DNA from: Octopus bimaculoides | Taxonomy: Eukaryota | Reading direction: 5' to 3' | DNA length: 64,000 nt | Assembly (NCBI RefSeq): GCF_001194135.2 | Contig: NC_068982.1 | Coordinates: forward strand, 56,492,575 to 56,556,574 | In this document: piece after piece, positions 12,421 through 23,357 of the stretch | Position numbering within the stretch: position 1 is the stretch's first letter | How the letters are laid out: each line of letters starts with the position of its first letter | Translations under genes and position numbers: made by a program | The notes under the pieces: model-generated | Seen by the model: only the letters and a program-made list of their open reading frames with translations | What the model was told of the DNA's origin: nothing | Database searches by the model: none

Positions 12421-12464
12421 GAATCATACGTTTCGGAATTTTGACCTTCGTCAGAGAGAGATTG
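12421..12464 (-). other. decayed minimal hammerhead-like motif
   Basis: Minus strand: ctgacga-a-gg(tcaaaatt)cc-gaaa-cg-ta. Core intact, helix II only 2 bp, helix I out of register. Confidence 0.4.
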
Positions 12465-12769
12465 AGAGGTAGAGATTATATTACATGTGGTGTAAGTATT
12501 AATCGTTTTTTGTTGCTGTGTAACACCAGGACAAACCTGACCTAACAGGCGTATGACCTGTATAGAATCGGGACTGGCTCATCTGTCGACCATACTGCAT
12601 ACTCCGACATGAAATAGCTTATAATATGGATGTTCAATGTTGCACAATCATACCGTATGGTCCGATATGATGATAAGGGGTGCAGGATTGCCGTCTGGAC
12701 ATGCTGTGCATTTTTCACAGTCCAGTCGAATTATGTTGGTAGTGTAATTAGTGTTGTTTAGCTCTAGGT

Positions 12770-13104
12770 CAGGGGTTCTCAAACATTTTTTACCTATGTA
12801 TCCCTTTGATGCCTATTTTACTCCACTGGACCCCCCCCCCCATAGCCATTCGATGTTTAAAAACATCCAGTGGTATTTGTATAATCAAATATTATTAGGA
12901 CTTGTTACGATATTTTGTGTATTGTAGAAGTATAACCAGTTGATTGCACCTAAACGTTACTGGTCTGAAGTAAAAAATTTTTCATGGCCCCTGAAAAATA
13001 ACCGTGGACCCCCAATTGACTATATTGCATCCGTGGACCCCACCACCCCACCAGATCTTATATGGACCCCTAGGGTCCATATGGACCATAGTTAAGAAAC
13101 CCTG
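12770..13104. mobile_element. hAT (Charlie/Buster-like) MITE
   Basis: TIRs caggggttctcaaac / gttaagaaaccctg; perfect 8-bp TSD CTCTAGGT at 12762-12769 and 13105-13112. Same family as 44119-44352 and 58276-58607. Confidence 0.9.
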
Positions 13105-14484
13105 CTCTAGGTCATTCCTGATCGATCACCAACCGTCTTGTCTTTTTCTAAAACGGTGTCATGCCATTTGTGGGATATTTAGTTGTTATTCCTGTTACTA
13201 TTTCTAGCATATCGAGTGACCAGCTAAAAGCTTCCTCGTTGGCTCGTATATACTATACACCTGTAGATTCTGGTGGTGGTCAAAACGGATGCAGACAATC
13301 AGTATTTGAACACCTCAGTAAATGTGCTTTCAAGTAGATACAGTAAATCGCCTTTCTTCCTCCTCATTGCCACCATTGTGTGTGTGTGAAAGAGAGAGAG
13401 AGAAAGAGAGGGGAAAGGGAGAACCGAAAAGAGAGAGAGAGGAGCATGAAAGAAATGAAGAAGGAATACATGTATATATGCGAGTATGTGTGTTTTGTGT
13501 GAGTTTGGGAGTGAATGAAAACTACTAGTTGAATGAATGCGTGCGCGAGAACGTGTGAGCTACTGTTCATATGTGTTTGTATAAGTTATCGCCGTGTGTG
13601 TGTGTGAGTGAGTATTTATGGGGAATGCTGTAGTGTGTTAAAAGACGTACTTGGGAGCTATAATTGGGATTTGGTTGATACCATTGACAGGTTTATGAAT
13701 GAACTGACCTCATTAGGCTAGGATCTCCACAGTAACGTATATTGACCACATCGGCTTTTGTTGACCAAAGCTGTTTAAGTCGATCGCCCGGTCAAATCCC
13801 TCACTGACCAGCTAAGCATGCTTGCTACTTAAGTTAAGCTAGTCAGTATAGTTCAGCTGAAGGGTCAGTGAAGATGACAACTGGATGGTGTTCTGAGGAG
13901 AACTCGATTTGACAGGCTTTCAACAAAACCGTTTTCTGCAAGATAATTTGTGTAGAAGGAGAATTGCAACAATGTCACAAAATCTCATTTCCCACTTGAT
14001 TCAATATAATGAATCAATTACTTTTGACAGACAACCAACCGTTGGTATTGCGATTAAAAAGTCTCCATTGATCTCAACTGCATTTTTGGTCGTGTGTTCG
14101 AATTCTTTGGCAAACGTGACAAACCGTTTATTTGTCACCAGTCATATCAACAATAAATTTATGTAATTGACGTATGTGAACACATTGTAGGTGAAGCTGT
14201 GTGGTGAGAATCTTGCTTCCGAACCACATGGTTTCAGGTTCAGACCCACTGTGTGTGCTTTAAGCAAGCATCTTCTACTGTAGCTGCGAAGGATTTTAAT
14301 CGAATAAATCGACCACAGGATTTTTTAAAGCTTGGCACTTATTCTATCAATTTCTTTTACCGAACCGCTAAGTTATGGGACGTAAATACACCAACACCTG
14401 GTGTCAAGTGTTGGTGGAGGACACTCACACACACACACGCATATATATATATATATATATATATAAAGAAATGAAACAGGAAAA

Positions 14485-14564
<80 letters not shown>

Positions 14565-15102
14565 GGATGACACAGGAAAAACAATGGTTATGTTGTGGAC
14601 GTCATTAGTTTACAGCTATTTCTGCTATATGTTGCAGTGGACTCGTAGCTGAGTGCCTGAATAACATCCTACAGTTTCCTCGGAGCTGTTCTGGAACATA
14701 TGTATATTGAGTTCTACACTAGATTATTAGTCTCGCAATGCTTAAGCGATATATACAAGCTTCTTTCAGTTTCCGTCTACCAAATCCAGTCATAAGGCTT
14801 TGGTCGCCTGAGGCTATAGTGGAAAACATTTGCCTACGGGTCATGTGGTTGGGAAGCAAGCTTCTTAACACATAGCGACGCCTATTTAAAAATTTTTAAT
14901 GACGAAACGCTTGTGGCCCTGAGATACCTACTGAAGATACGGAAGGGTTTCCAATATTTGCGACTTTAGATCACCATCAGAAGAGCTTGTAATATCTTTA
15001 AGCAGCTTCTACAGTTTCTGCGTGAAGCAAAGTATATCTGATATATATTTCACCTGTGTATATATATAAACACTTTGTTTCTAAATACACTAGCTTCGTG
15101 GA

Positions 15103-15137
<35 letters not shown>

Positions 15138-15949
15138 NNNNNNNNNNNNNNNNNNNNNNNNNNNNNNNNNNNNNNNNNNNNNNNNNNNNNNNNNNNNNNN
15201 NNNNNNNNNNNNNNNNNNNNNNNNNNNNNNNNNNNNNNNNNNNNNNNNNNNNNNNNNAAAAAAAAAAAAAAAAAAAAAAAAAAAGACAGCCAGAATTTTA
15301 TGTTTATTACTCAATTATGATACCAAAACGATTAGATTTATAAATCTTATGTCAAAACTTTATTGAAGATTTTCAACATGTGCTCCGTCTATATCTCTGC
15401 AAATTTCAAATCTATTCTTAGCGTTGCGAACACATTTTGAAGCATTTCATGAGTTATTTCCTGCAATACTAACTGAAAGCGTTCTTTAAGTTCAGCTAAA
15501 CTATTGCTCACTCTTCGGGATGAAAGTAGAGAAAATGATTGCAGCCAGACTGAATAAAAGCTGCCGTGGACAAATAAGGGGGATCCAACAGGAATGAAAA
15601 TAAAATTGTCAAAAATTGTATAAAAATAAAATTAGAAACAAAATTAAAAATGTATACACTTAACACTTACTAAACATGATATAAGCGAGTCTTTTTTTTT
15701 TTTAATTGTCCGATTTCACTGCAATAAATAGTTAACTCTGGGACACCCAGTACATACATTCACCATTACTAAGGACTGAGTAAATCGGATATACCAATTT
15801 GCATACATAATGCATTTCTGACAGTTTGATGATTATTAAATAAAGGTGTGTCGCAGTGTTTTGCGTCAGTTCTGTTCTCAAGCTATAAGTTATATGCATC
15901 TGCTAGTCTGTCGGGAGTGGGCGGTAGAATAGCTATGATGTTTCGGAAA

Positions 15950-16700
15950 AGTGCTGGATTTTGGGATACAGATCACATCTTGGACCCGGAGAGTAAGTCA
16001 GTGGGACTGGATGTGACCAGCAGCGTAGGCCAAATTTTCAGATAGATAGTCGTGGAACGACCAGATTTCTTCAGTGTCTGGAGGCCTTTCCTTTTTGTGC
16101 TTGTGAGTGATTGGAGTGGCATCTTGGATTGTGTGGAGCTAGTCGACAGAAGAGGCGATACAAAAGACGCGCAAACCTGCTCAAATGTTTCCAGCTGTCT
16201 TGATTTCCCAGATGCACCACAGTGCAACTAGAAGAGGCACTTAGCAAAGGCATCGCAACTGATGTGCTTGCAACGAAACTGAACCTTGCACAGTTCTCCA
16301 ACGCGAATCATGAAGGCTGCGTTAGAGCAGAAGTGCATATATTCTAAGACAGGAAGGAATGAAAGCCGTTTAATGACGTGGGATCCGAATGCAAATGTAC
16401 AATGAAATTGCAAAAATACAACTGGATCTTTGGCGGTCTACGACGAACGCGTGGTACTTATTTCCAAAGGGATGCGTGCAGCTTTCAAGCGGCACTTTAC
16501 TCGACTGTTCGTGAGTGGTGGGGCTATATCGCAGGGGAGGCTTCAGTGCCTGTCTTGACTTTCAGTATTAGTGTCGGGGTGTTGCGAAAAGCTAACAGCA
16601 ACCACTGAAATAAGGGAAACCTTGTCTGGCCGCACAAAGGGCAAATCACCTGGTTTAGATGCTCTTCCCTACTAACTTTACACTAACATGTTGGATCTAC
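15950..16700 (+). pseudogene. degenerate Tx1/L1-clade LINE ORF2 fragment
   Basis: 16580-16700 translates CCEKLTATTEIRETLSGRTKGKSPGLDALPY*LYTNMLDL, matching the GKSPGxDGLPxE(F/L)Y motif that precedes L1/Tx1 reverse transcriptase. Stops are present. Confidence 0.6.
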
Positions 16701-18127
16701 AACCTGGGAGAATTGAGTGCTGTACAAGCACTTGGTTGGAGCTTATTTTCAGCTGAGTAGACTGAAACGAAGTGCTCTGATCAAGGACACAATGCACTGC
16801 CTGGTTCAGAAATCAACCCCATGATCTTTTATGAGTCTGAGTTCAATAACCAAACCACTAGACCAAGAAATTACCAAATACTGGCTCAATATAATCTTCA
16901 GGCCCTTCTCCCTTACTTCCTGGTTTTGAGAAATCGATATTACATTAGGATGGGCGTAGGATCTAATCGATTGTTCCTCTTCTATGAATTTATGAGAAAT
17001 CAATATCCTGTATATTTTATGATTCACAGTCTGACGTGGCTGATGTTGGAATCACAACCGCAACAGAATAACATACCTCTCGAAATTTAGTTATATCCCG
17101 AGTACGAATATAACTTCAAGGGGTCGACTTGCTCTTTAATTTTATTATTTTTGGTTTAGATACAACACGAGCCAATGAAATATAATACTACAGGCGTTAG
17201 GGCGGGATTTGAGCGAGAATAAATATAGTGTGATGTTCATGCTTTTCCATAAGGAAATTAACAATAAAAATGAAGTGAAAAGATACGGCTCCCTTCGAGA
17301 ATCAAAAAGATTTCATACACGAAGTCTTGCTTTACTTGGAATTTATCGTTCTCTTGTATTTTCGTTATTGGCTTCCATATAATTTCAATACCGGATACAA
17401 ATGTCAGCCATGCGTTTTTCTGTTTTTTTTTGTTTTTTTTCCCTTCTAGCAGTCACACTCACGCGCTATTTTTTCTTCTCCAACGGCTTGACTCAAACTC
17501 AGTCACTCCCTCATTTTGCCATCCGATCTTGTCCAAATCTTAATTACTTTTCCAGTGTTTTAAAATATATCGTTCACTCCTCTTACTAAAAAGTAAATTT
17601 ATGAATTACTATGTTTGAACATATGTATAATATATATATAATACACAGGCGTGGCCGTGTGGTTAAGAAGCTTGCTTTTCAACCGCATGGTTCCGGGTTC
17701 AGTCCTACTGCTTGGCACTTTGGGGTAGTGTCTGCTACTATAACCACGGGCTAACTAAGGCCTTGTGAGTGGATTTGACAATCAGTGCTAGTGTGCTTAC
17801 GTCATCGTAATTTAGCGGTTCGACAAGAGACCGATGGAATAAGCATCAGGTAAAAAAAAAAGTACTGGGGTCGATCAAGGCGGTGCCCCAGTATGGCCAA
17901 AAAAAAATCATACGCGTACAAGGTTGTATATTCCTACATCATACATACGTACGGATATACGCATTGCACACACACACACATATATATATATATAGCAATT
18001 AATCCAACAACCCAGACATTTTGATGCTAATGTTAAAGCAAGCGAGCAATCCCTAAAACTTTTGCCCCTCAACACCACCATTACCAGTCTCGTTTATCTT
18101 TAGGAGCTTTCTGTTCGTCAGTTTTGA

Positions 18128-18146
18128 TGGCGCCCTCTTGTGACGA
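18128..18146 (-). promoter_or_regulatory. candidate CTCF binding motif
   Basis: Minus strand tcgtcacaagagggcgcca vs consensus tggccaccagggggcgcta; C5, A9, G10 and the GGCGC block match. Motif match only. Confidence 0.35.
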
Positions 18147-18457
18147 CCCCATGACCGGATGGAGCCGAGAGTGATCAGAAACAAAATATTTATCCCAGTA
18201 GGTGAACCTGACAGTCGAATAAGCATAAAGAAAACAAAGGGGAATTATCAACTACTAATTATGAACGTGGATGGTGTTTACAGCACTGTTTATCCAGTTG
18301 GTTTAATAAATTTCTTTCAAATGGCTTTGTTTACATTTAACCTTGTTCTTTCCTTCCTTTCGAAATTGTTCTTTCATTCACACATATACAGACATGGAGT
18401 AGTTCTTTATTACTACAGCTTATCAAGCAGGATGTGTTTGTTAAATTTTAATACAAA

Positions 18458-18674
18458 GGGTCTTGTTAAATTTCTTCCGACCGCATCAAGTATTTTAAAT
18501 TTTCACCAGACTTTTTTTTCAAAAATGACACTCTGACGTAACTTTTTTTGTATTAATTTCTGGGAAAATGAATGCAATTTTCTTCCTATGCATGCGAAAC
18601 TAAATTGTTTTTGAAAATAATCAAGTGAAAAATTGAAGTACTTCAAGTGGTTGGAAGAAATTTAACAAGACACC
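18458..18674. mobile_element. MITE-like element with about 65-bp imperfect inverted repeats
   Basis: gggtcttgttaaatttcttccgacc (18458-) vs ggttggaagaaatttaacaagacaccc (-18674). No clear TSD. Confidence 0.5.
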
Positions 18675-19374
18675 CAAGACAAATATTACTGTTGCTTAGT
18701 TTCAGGTCTCCTCGGACAGAGTTGACCTCTGATCCAATACGGATGACCCAATTGTTCTTCCAGGTACAGTGCACATAATGCATTATCTAATATACTCACT
18801 TTTAGCTAAGATGGTAAGGTTTGATTTAAGGATTTGCCTGTTATTTCTAGCAGGAATGGAAAACGACTGCGCAGAGGCTTTCTCATCGGTTCATGTAAAC
18901 ACCTAATTACTATTTGCTTGTCCTAATTTTTCAACGAATGTTGATTTTAATAATTGCGCTTTCAACTCGGCACCCTGTTGTGCCTGCCATTCCATGGACC
19001 TCAATCACGGCAATAATAAATCGCTTTTCTTTAGAACTGATATTTTCCTTGCTGTCCACCCTCTTCACCATCATGACCTTGACCTGCCATGACAGAGGAG
19101 CAGTAATTTCATATTCAATACTACAGATGCTGGCACATATGTTGGACAGACAGAAAACGCGATAAAATTATCCAGTGAGGATTACAGAAGTGCTTAAGCA
19201 ATTATATATACTACGGAAGGTAGGTGTGTGTATGTAGGAAGCTGTGATAGTGGCGCAGAAGTAAATTTATTACTTCGTATGTTCAAGGAGTTAAGATGAC
19301 GGCAGAGCGTATCATTCGGTTTATATGAGAGAGAAAGAGACGCAAAATAAATTTATCATAGTGAGTGTGTATGG

Positions 19375-19593
19375 ATTTATTGGACTCTGACCAGGCCTGA
19401 TTAAGCAGACTTAATGATCAACGGCACTCTAATCGGGATCATTCCGTTTTATTATGTGTAGAGAGAGCTCAGGCCTGCCATTATCCATCTGATCTGTCCT
19501 TTTACTAAAACTATAGTGGGAACAATTTGAGGAAGATTTGGTTGTTGTTTCTACCAGGTCGAAATACATCGTAGATATTCTCTTGTTGACTCG
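19375..19593 (+). repeat. old dispersed repeat family G (many decayed copies)
   Basis: Shared motifs tttagc..caggtcag.cctgatcgagcagac.tatgatc and gatttggctgctatttctagcagg also occur near 12750/13110, 18700, 27250, 29000, 38540, 39350, 52080 and 58620. Confidence 0.55.
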
Positions 19594-19621
19594 TGTACAA
19601 GAGATCAAATGGTTGTTAAAG

Positions 19622-19805
19622 CAGTGCTCCGCAACCTTTTTTCAGTTGCGTTACATTTATATTCTTTTCCAAATTCGGCGGCACACCTGAACTAAAAATA
19701 TAACAAAGCATAGGGGAAAAAATTATATTCAGGTTACACTGCGGCACACCTAGCATCGTCTTGTGGCACACCAGTGTGCCGCGGCATACCGATTGCGGAG
19801 CACCG
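19622..19805. mobile_element. hAT-type MITE (184 bp)
   Basis: TIRs cagtgctccgcaa / ttgcggagcaccg; TSD TGTTAAAG (19614-19621) / TGTTCAAG (19806-19813), 7 of 8 identical. Confidence 0.8.
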
Positions 19806-19884
19806 TGTTCAAGAACTGCTTTCTTTTATTTAAGCAGTGTGTGTGTGGTTGCGGCATATTTGTGACCTACATATATTATGAGGT

Positions 19885-20267
19885 GGAGGCGCAATGGCCC
19901 AGTGGTTAGGGCAGCGGACTCACGGTCATTGGATCGCGGTTTCAATTCCCAGACCGGGTGTTGTGAGTGTTTTTTGAGTGAAAACACCTAAAGCTCCACG
20001 ATGCTCAGGCAGGGGATGGTGGCGAACCCTGCTGTACTCTTTCACCACAACTTTCTCTCACTCTTACTTCCTGTTTCTGTTGTACATGTAATTCAAATGG
20101 TCAGCCTTGTAACACTGTGTCACATTGAATATCCCCGAGAACTACGTTAAGGGTACACGTGTCTGTGGAATGCTCAGCCACTTGCACGTTAATTTCACGA
20201 GCAGGCTCTTCCGTTGATCGGATCAACTGGAGCCCTCGACGTCGTAAGCGACGGAGTGCCAACAACA
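19885..20267 (+). mobile_element. SINE family C, near full length
   Basis: tRNA-like head ggaggcgcaatggcccagtggttagggcagcgg...ggtttcaattccc and (CAA)n end. Inverse copy at 37337-37711. tattatgag flanks both sides (19874-19882, 20271-20279). Confidence 0.85.
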
Positions 20268-20850
20268 TATTATTATGAGCTTGAAAGAAAACAGTATTGC
20301 ATTTGTGCAAAATCATAATTACAGCACGGTAGCTATAATAATCTGCTTGTCATAATAGGTGTTAGAGTGTTGCGCATTACGTAACACTAAAGAAAGAAAT
20401 CGAAGACATATTGATAGTCTTAACATAAATGAAAGAATTTCAAGTGTTTGACCAATTAATAAATGAAAGAAAGACAAAAACTCTTTCAAGAAAAATAAAC
20501 CAAACAAGTCAATATATATAATTACTTTGTTTTTATCATCATTAATTATTATTATTATAATTATTATTATTTACTTACAGAGTTCTAGTTGAAGTGATTT
20601 TATACAGAAATTTACAGTTAATGACACAAGATATCTCACAGAAACAAATATATACAAAAAAAGAACAAAACAAAACAAAACATAAAAGACTGCAGTAAAA
20701 TATGTTGTGTCATGCAAATTTATATAATTTTGTGTTGATTTTTGATTCATTTACAAAGTTCTTTTATCTAACGTGAAAACGTTGAATAAATGTTTCTTTT
20801 CATCTGCTCCTCGTTAAAATCCATATGTCTTTCTGTTTTCTTTTTTTCTT

Positions 20851-21540
20851 TTACAAACAATGCAACCAAATAGTTAACAATGTACAGGAAAGAACCAGTA
20901 GATTCGTAAATGTTGTAGCACCCAATGGCGATATTCCTGAATATCTATCGTCGTATATTGTAAGATCTGTCCGGTTGCGACCATTTTTGGCAATTTCTGG
21001 ATTTAACTTAAGAAGGTCCTGCCAAGCGTTGTATGCAGCCGCCGTGAAATTATTATCGCCAGTTGTCATTAAATCAAAAACACATGAATCGAAGTAAAAA
21101 CCAGCAACATTAGCGTTACGACATGCCGCTTCAGCTTCGACTCTTGACATGTCTACTTTGTTATCTCTTTCGTATTCCCTAAGTTTCTCTTGTCGTCGAG
21201 CTAGGAATTTTTTGTAGTCAATTTGCTGGAGTTTTGGACAGCCATCAACACACAACTCTGGTTGTTCGTCAGCAGTCGATGAGTTTACAATTTCTTCCGG
21301 CATGCGAATCGAAAACGTGAAGTAGCGACCAATGTGACGAACTAAAATTGTAGTATCAATGTATTTTATGTGAATTTTGACGTATTTCGACGGTTCTAGC
21401 ACCTTTAGTTCAATCTCTTTGCCGGGCCCGTAATGCGTAGCGCCACCGTCGAAGGCATTTGGCAAACTTCGTTCGTGAGTGCCGTATGTTAAAACATTGG
21501 TTGATCCACATTTGTCATTTCTTTTGATCATCACGGTTAA
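20851..21540 (-). CDS. RGM: repulsive guidance molecule (RGM/hemojuvelin family), terminal coding exon with GPI-anchor signal
   Basis: Open frame LTVMIKRNDKCG...YIDTTILVRHIGRYFTFSIRMPEEIV...LCVDGCP...FYFDSCVFDLMTTGDNNFTAAA matches the RGM C-terminal region (vertebrate RGMA as I recall it: [47 protein letters not shown]). Hydrophobic tail LLVLSCTLLTIWLHCL then stop. The exon starts in phase 0 after a CAG acceptor. Confidence 0.93.
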   Translation of the reverse strand, partial: LTVMIKRNDKCGSTNVLTYGTHERSLPNAFDGGATHYGPGKEIELKVLEPSKYVKIHIKYIDTTILVRHIGRYFTFSIRMPEEIVNSSTADEQPELCVDGCPKLQQIDYKKFLARRQEKLREYERDNKVDMSRVEAEAACRNANVAGFYFDSCVFDLMTTGDNNFTAAAYNAWQDLLKLNPEIAKNGRNRTDLTIYDDRYSGISPLGATTFTNLLVLSCTLLTIWLHCL

Positions 21541-21560
21541 CTGAAATGAGAGAGAAAGTT
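21541..21560 (-). promoter_or_regulatory. splice acceptor of the RGM terminal exon
   Basis: Minus strand ctttctctctcatttcag|TTAACCGTG: polypyrimidine tract plus CAG. Confidence 0.85.
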
Positions 21561-21581
21561 AACATTGTAGTATGATGATGA

Positions 21582-21641
<60 letters not shown>

Positions 21642-21668
21642 CAACAACAACAACAAATAAATAATAAT

Positions 21669-21884
21669 CCTTTCTACTATAGGCACAAAATCTGAAAATT
21701 TGTGAGAAGAGGCAAGTCGATTAGATTGACCCCTGTACTCAACTAGTACTTAATTTATCGACCCCCGAAAGGATGCAAGGCAAAGTCGACCTCGACGGAA
21801 TTTGAACTCAGGACGTAGTGCCAGACGAAATACCACTAAGCATTTCGCCCGCGGTGCTAACGATTCTGCCAGCTCGCCGCCTTT
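21669..21884 (-). mobile_element. SINE family B (tRNA-derived, central gaggtcgactttgcctttcatcctttcggggtcgat domain)
   Basis: Reverse complement of aaggcggcgagctggcagaatcgttagcac...gagttcaaattccg..gaggtcgactttgcc. Possibly the octopus OR/CORE-type SINEs (inference). Confidence 0.85.
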
Positions 21885-21982
21885 CTGCTAGCTCAATAAT
21901 ATAATAATTCTTTCTACTAAATGTACAAGGCCTGAAATTTTGGAGGAGGGGACTACGATACCAGTGTTTCACTTGTACTTGA

Positions 21983-23251
21983 TTTGGATCTTATCGGTTT
22001 GGCTGCCAGCATCAATTCTGTTCGAATTGATTTCATATTCAGTGTAACGGTTCACTTTCATAGGCTAATTAATGACGTGAAAGTAATTTTCGGTATAGCA
22101 GCTAAAGTTTGAAAATTTTGGTAGTTATAGCCAATCGTAAGCCACAGACACATTTATGCCCGTTTCGATCGTAAGAAGCGGATCTTGAGAACACTTTTGT
22201 CGCTCAATGTGCTTGTTGCCATAGTAACAAACGAATCCGAGAAGTCTTTGATAAGTCTTATCTGCGAGGAAACACGTGTTGACAACTTTGACGCTGTGAT
22301 CTGTGTGATTATGGCAGCAAGCTCCAATAACTTCGCTTCTATCATGGAAACATTGAAAACAGAGGAAGATATATTTTAAATTAAAACCGACAAATCTTTC
22401 TGTTAAAAATTGTAATCTGTTTATCGCATGTAACGTGTTGTTTATCGCATTTGCATTAAATGCATATTAAATGCTTAAATGTTTGTTTACTCGTTGCTTT
22501 TTTGTCCTTGAGCACTGAGGTGGTTGTGTTGTGTGCTAAAAATAACAACTAAACAAGATTTTTTGGATAAATCTTTTAAATTAACAGAAACATTTATTTA
22601 CATGAAAGAAAATTACCGGAGACATAACACGTGTTACTCTTTTAGTCTTTTACTTGTTTCAGTCTTTTGACTGTGGCCATGCTGGAGCACCACTTTTAGT
22701 CGAGCAAATCGACCCCAGGACTTATTCTTTAGAAGCCTAGTACTTATTCTATCGGTCTCTATTGCCGAACCGCTAAGTTACGGGGACATAAACACACTAG
22801 CATCGGTTGTCAAGCGATGTTGGGGGGACAAACACATACACACATACACCAAATCCACTCACAAGGCTTTGGTCGGCCCGAGGCTATAGTAGAAGACACT
22901 TGCCCAAGATGCCACGTAGTGGGACTGAACCCGGGACCATGTGGTTGGTAAGCAAGCTACTTACCACACAGCCATACAATTATTGATAACGGGTGCTATT
23001 TTCAGAATTTTGACGACAAAATGTGCAGTCACGCACAAAATGACAGCTTTCCAATCCTGTTTCCTGACTAGGTGAAAAACCACCAAACTTTAAAGCTCTG
23101 TAACTTTTTAAAAACATATTTCTGGAAAAAACTGAAATAACTACAGCAATTCAGTTTGGGCAAAAGTGTATTATTGTGCAAAATTTTAAAATTTTCGGTA
23201 AACCTTGATTTTTGAAATGCTGGCAGCCAAACCGTTATAAGACCCGACCCC
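21983..23251. mobile_element. non-autonomous TIR DNA transposon, TTAA target, GG terminus (Kolobok-like)
   Basis: cggtttggctgccagcat at 21995-22012 is perfectly inverted at 23217-23234. The right end continues ...ttataagacccgacccc|TTAA (23252-23255); the left flank is TTGA (21979-21982). It splits a SINE B at its tacTTAAtttatcg site. Confidence 0.7.
22638..22974 (-). mobile_element. SINE family A nested inside the TTAA element
   Basis: Head (gggactgaacccgggaccatgtggttggtaagc) and tail (cttttacttgtttcagtc...ggccatgctggagcacc) on the minus strand. Confidence 0.9.
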
Positions 23252-23318
23252 TTAATTTATCGACTCCAAAGGGATGAAAGCAAAGTCGACTGCGGTAGAA
23301 TTTGAACGTAGAACTTAG

Positions 23319-23357
<39 letters not shown>

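Noticed and set aside
15104-15285. Poly(A) tracts as a retrocopy tail
   Set aside because: They flank an assembly gap, and no upstream cDNA-like or SINE body is visible.
17171-17210. CCAAT box plus GC/E2F-like gggcggga as a promoter
   Set aside because: Two short motifs with no downstream exon evidence; expected by chance.
18159-18536. 125-aa ORF, or a decayed Penelope GIY-YIG on the opposite strand
   Set aside because: No recognisable motif in any frame; part of it overlaps a MITE-like inverted repeat.
20955-20975. RNRT near the RGM C-terminus as a hemojuvelin-like furin site
   Set aside because: It is not R-X-X-R and not at the homologous position; it reads better as an N-R-T glycosylation sequon.
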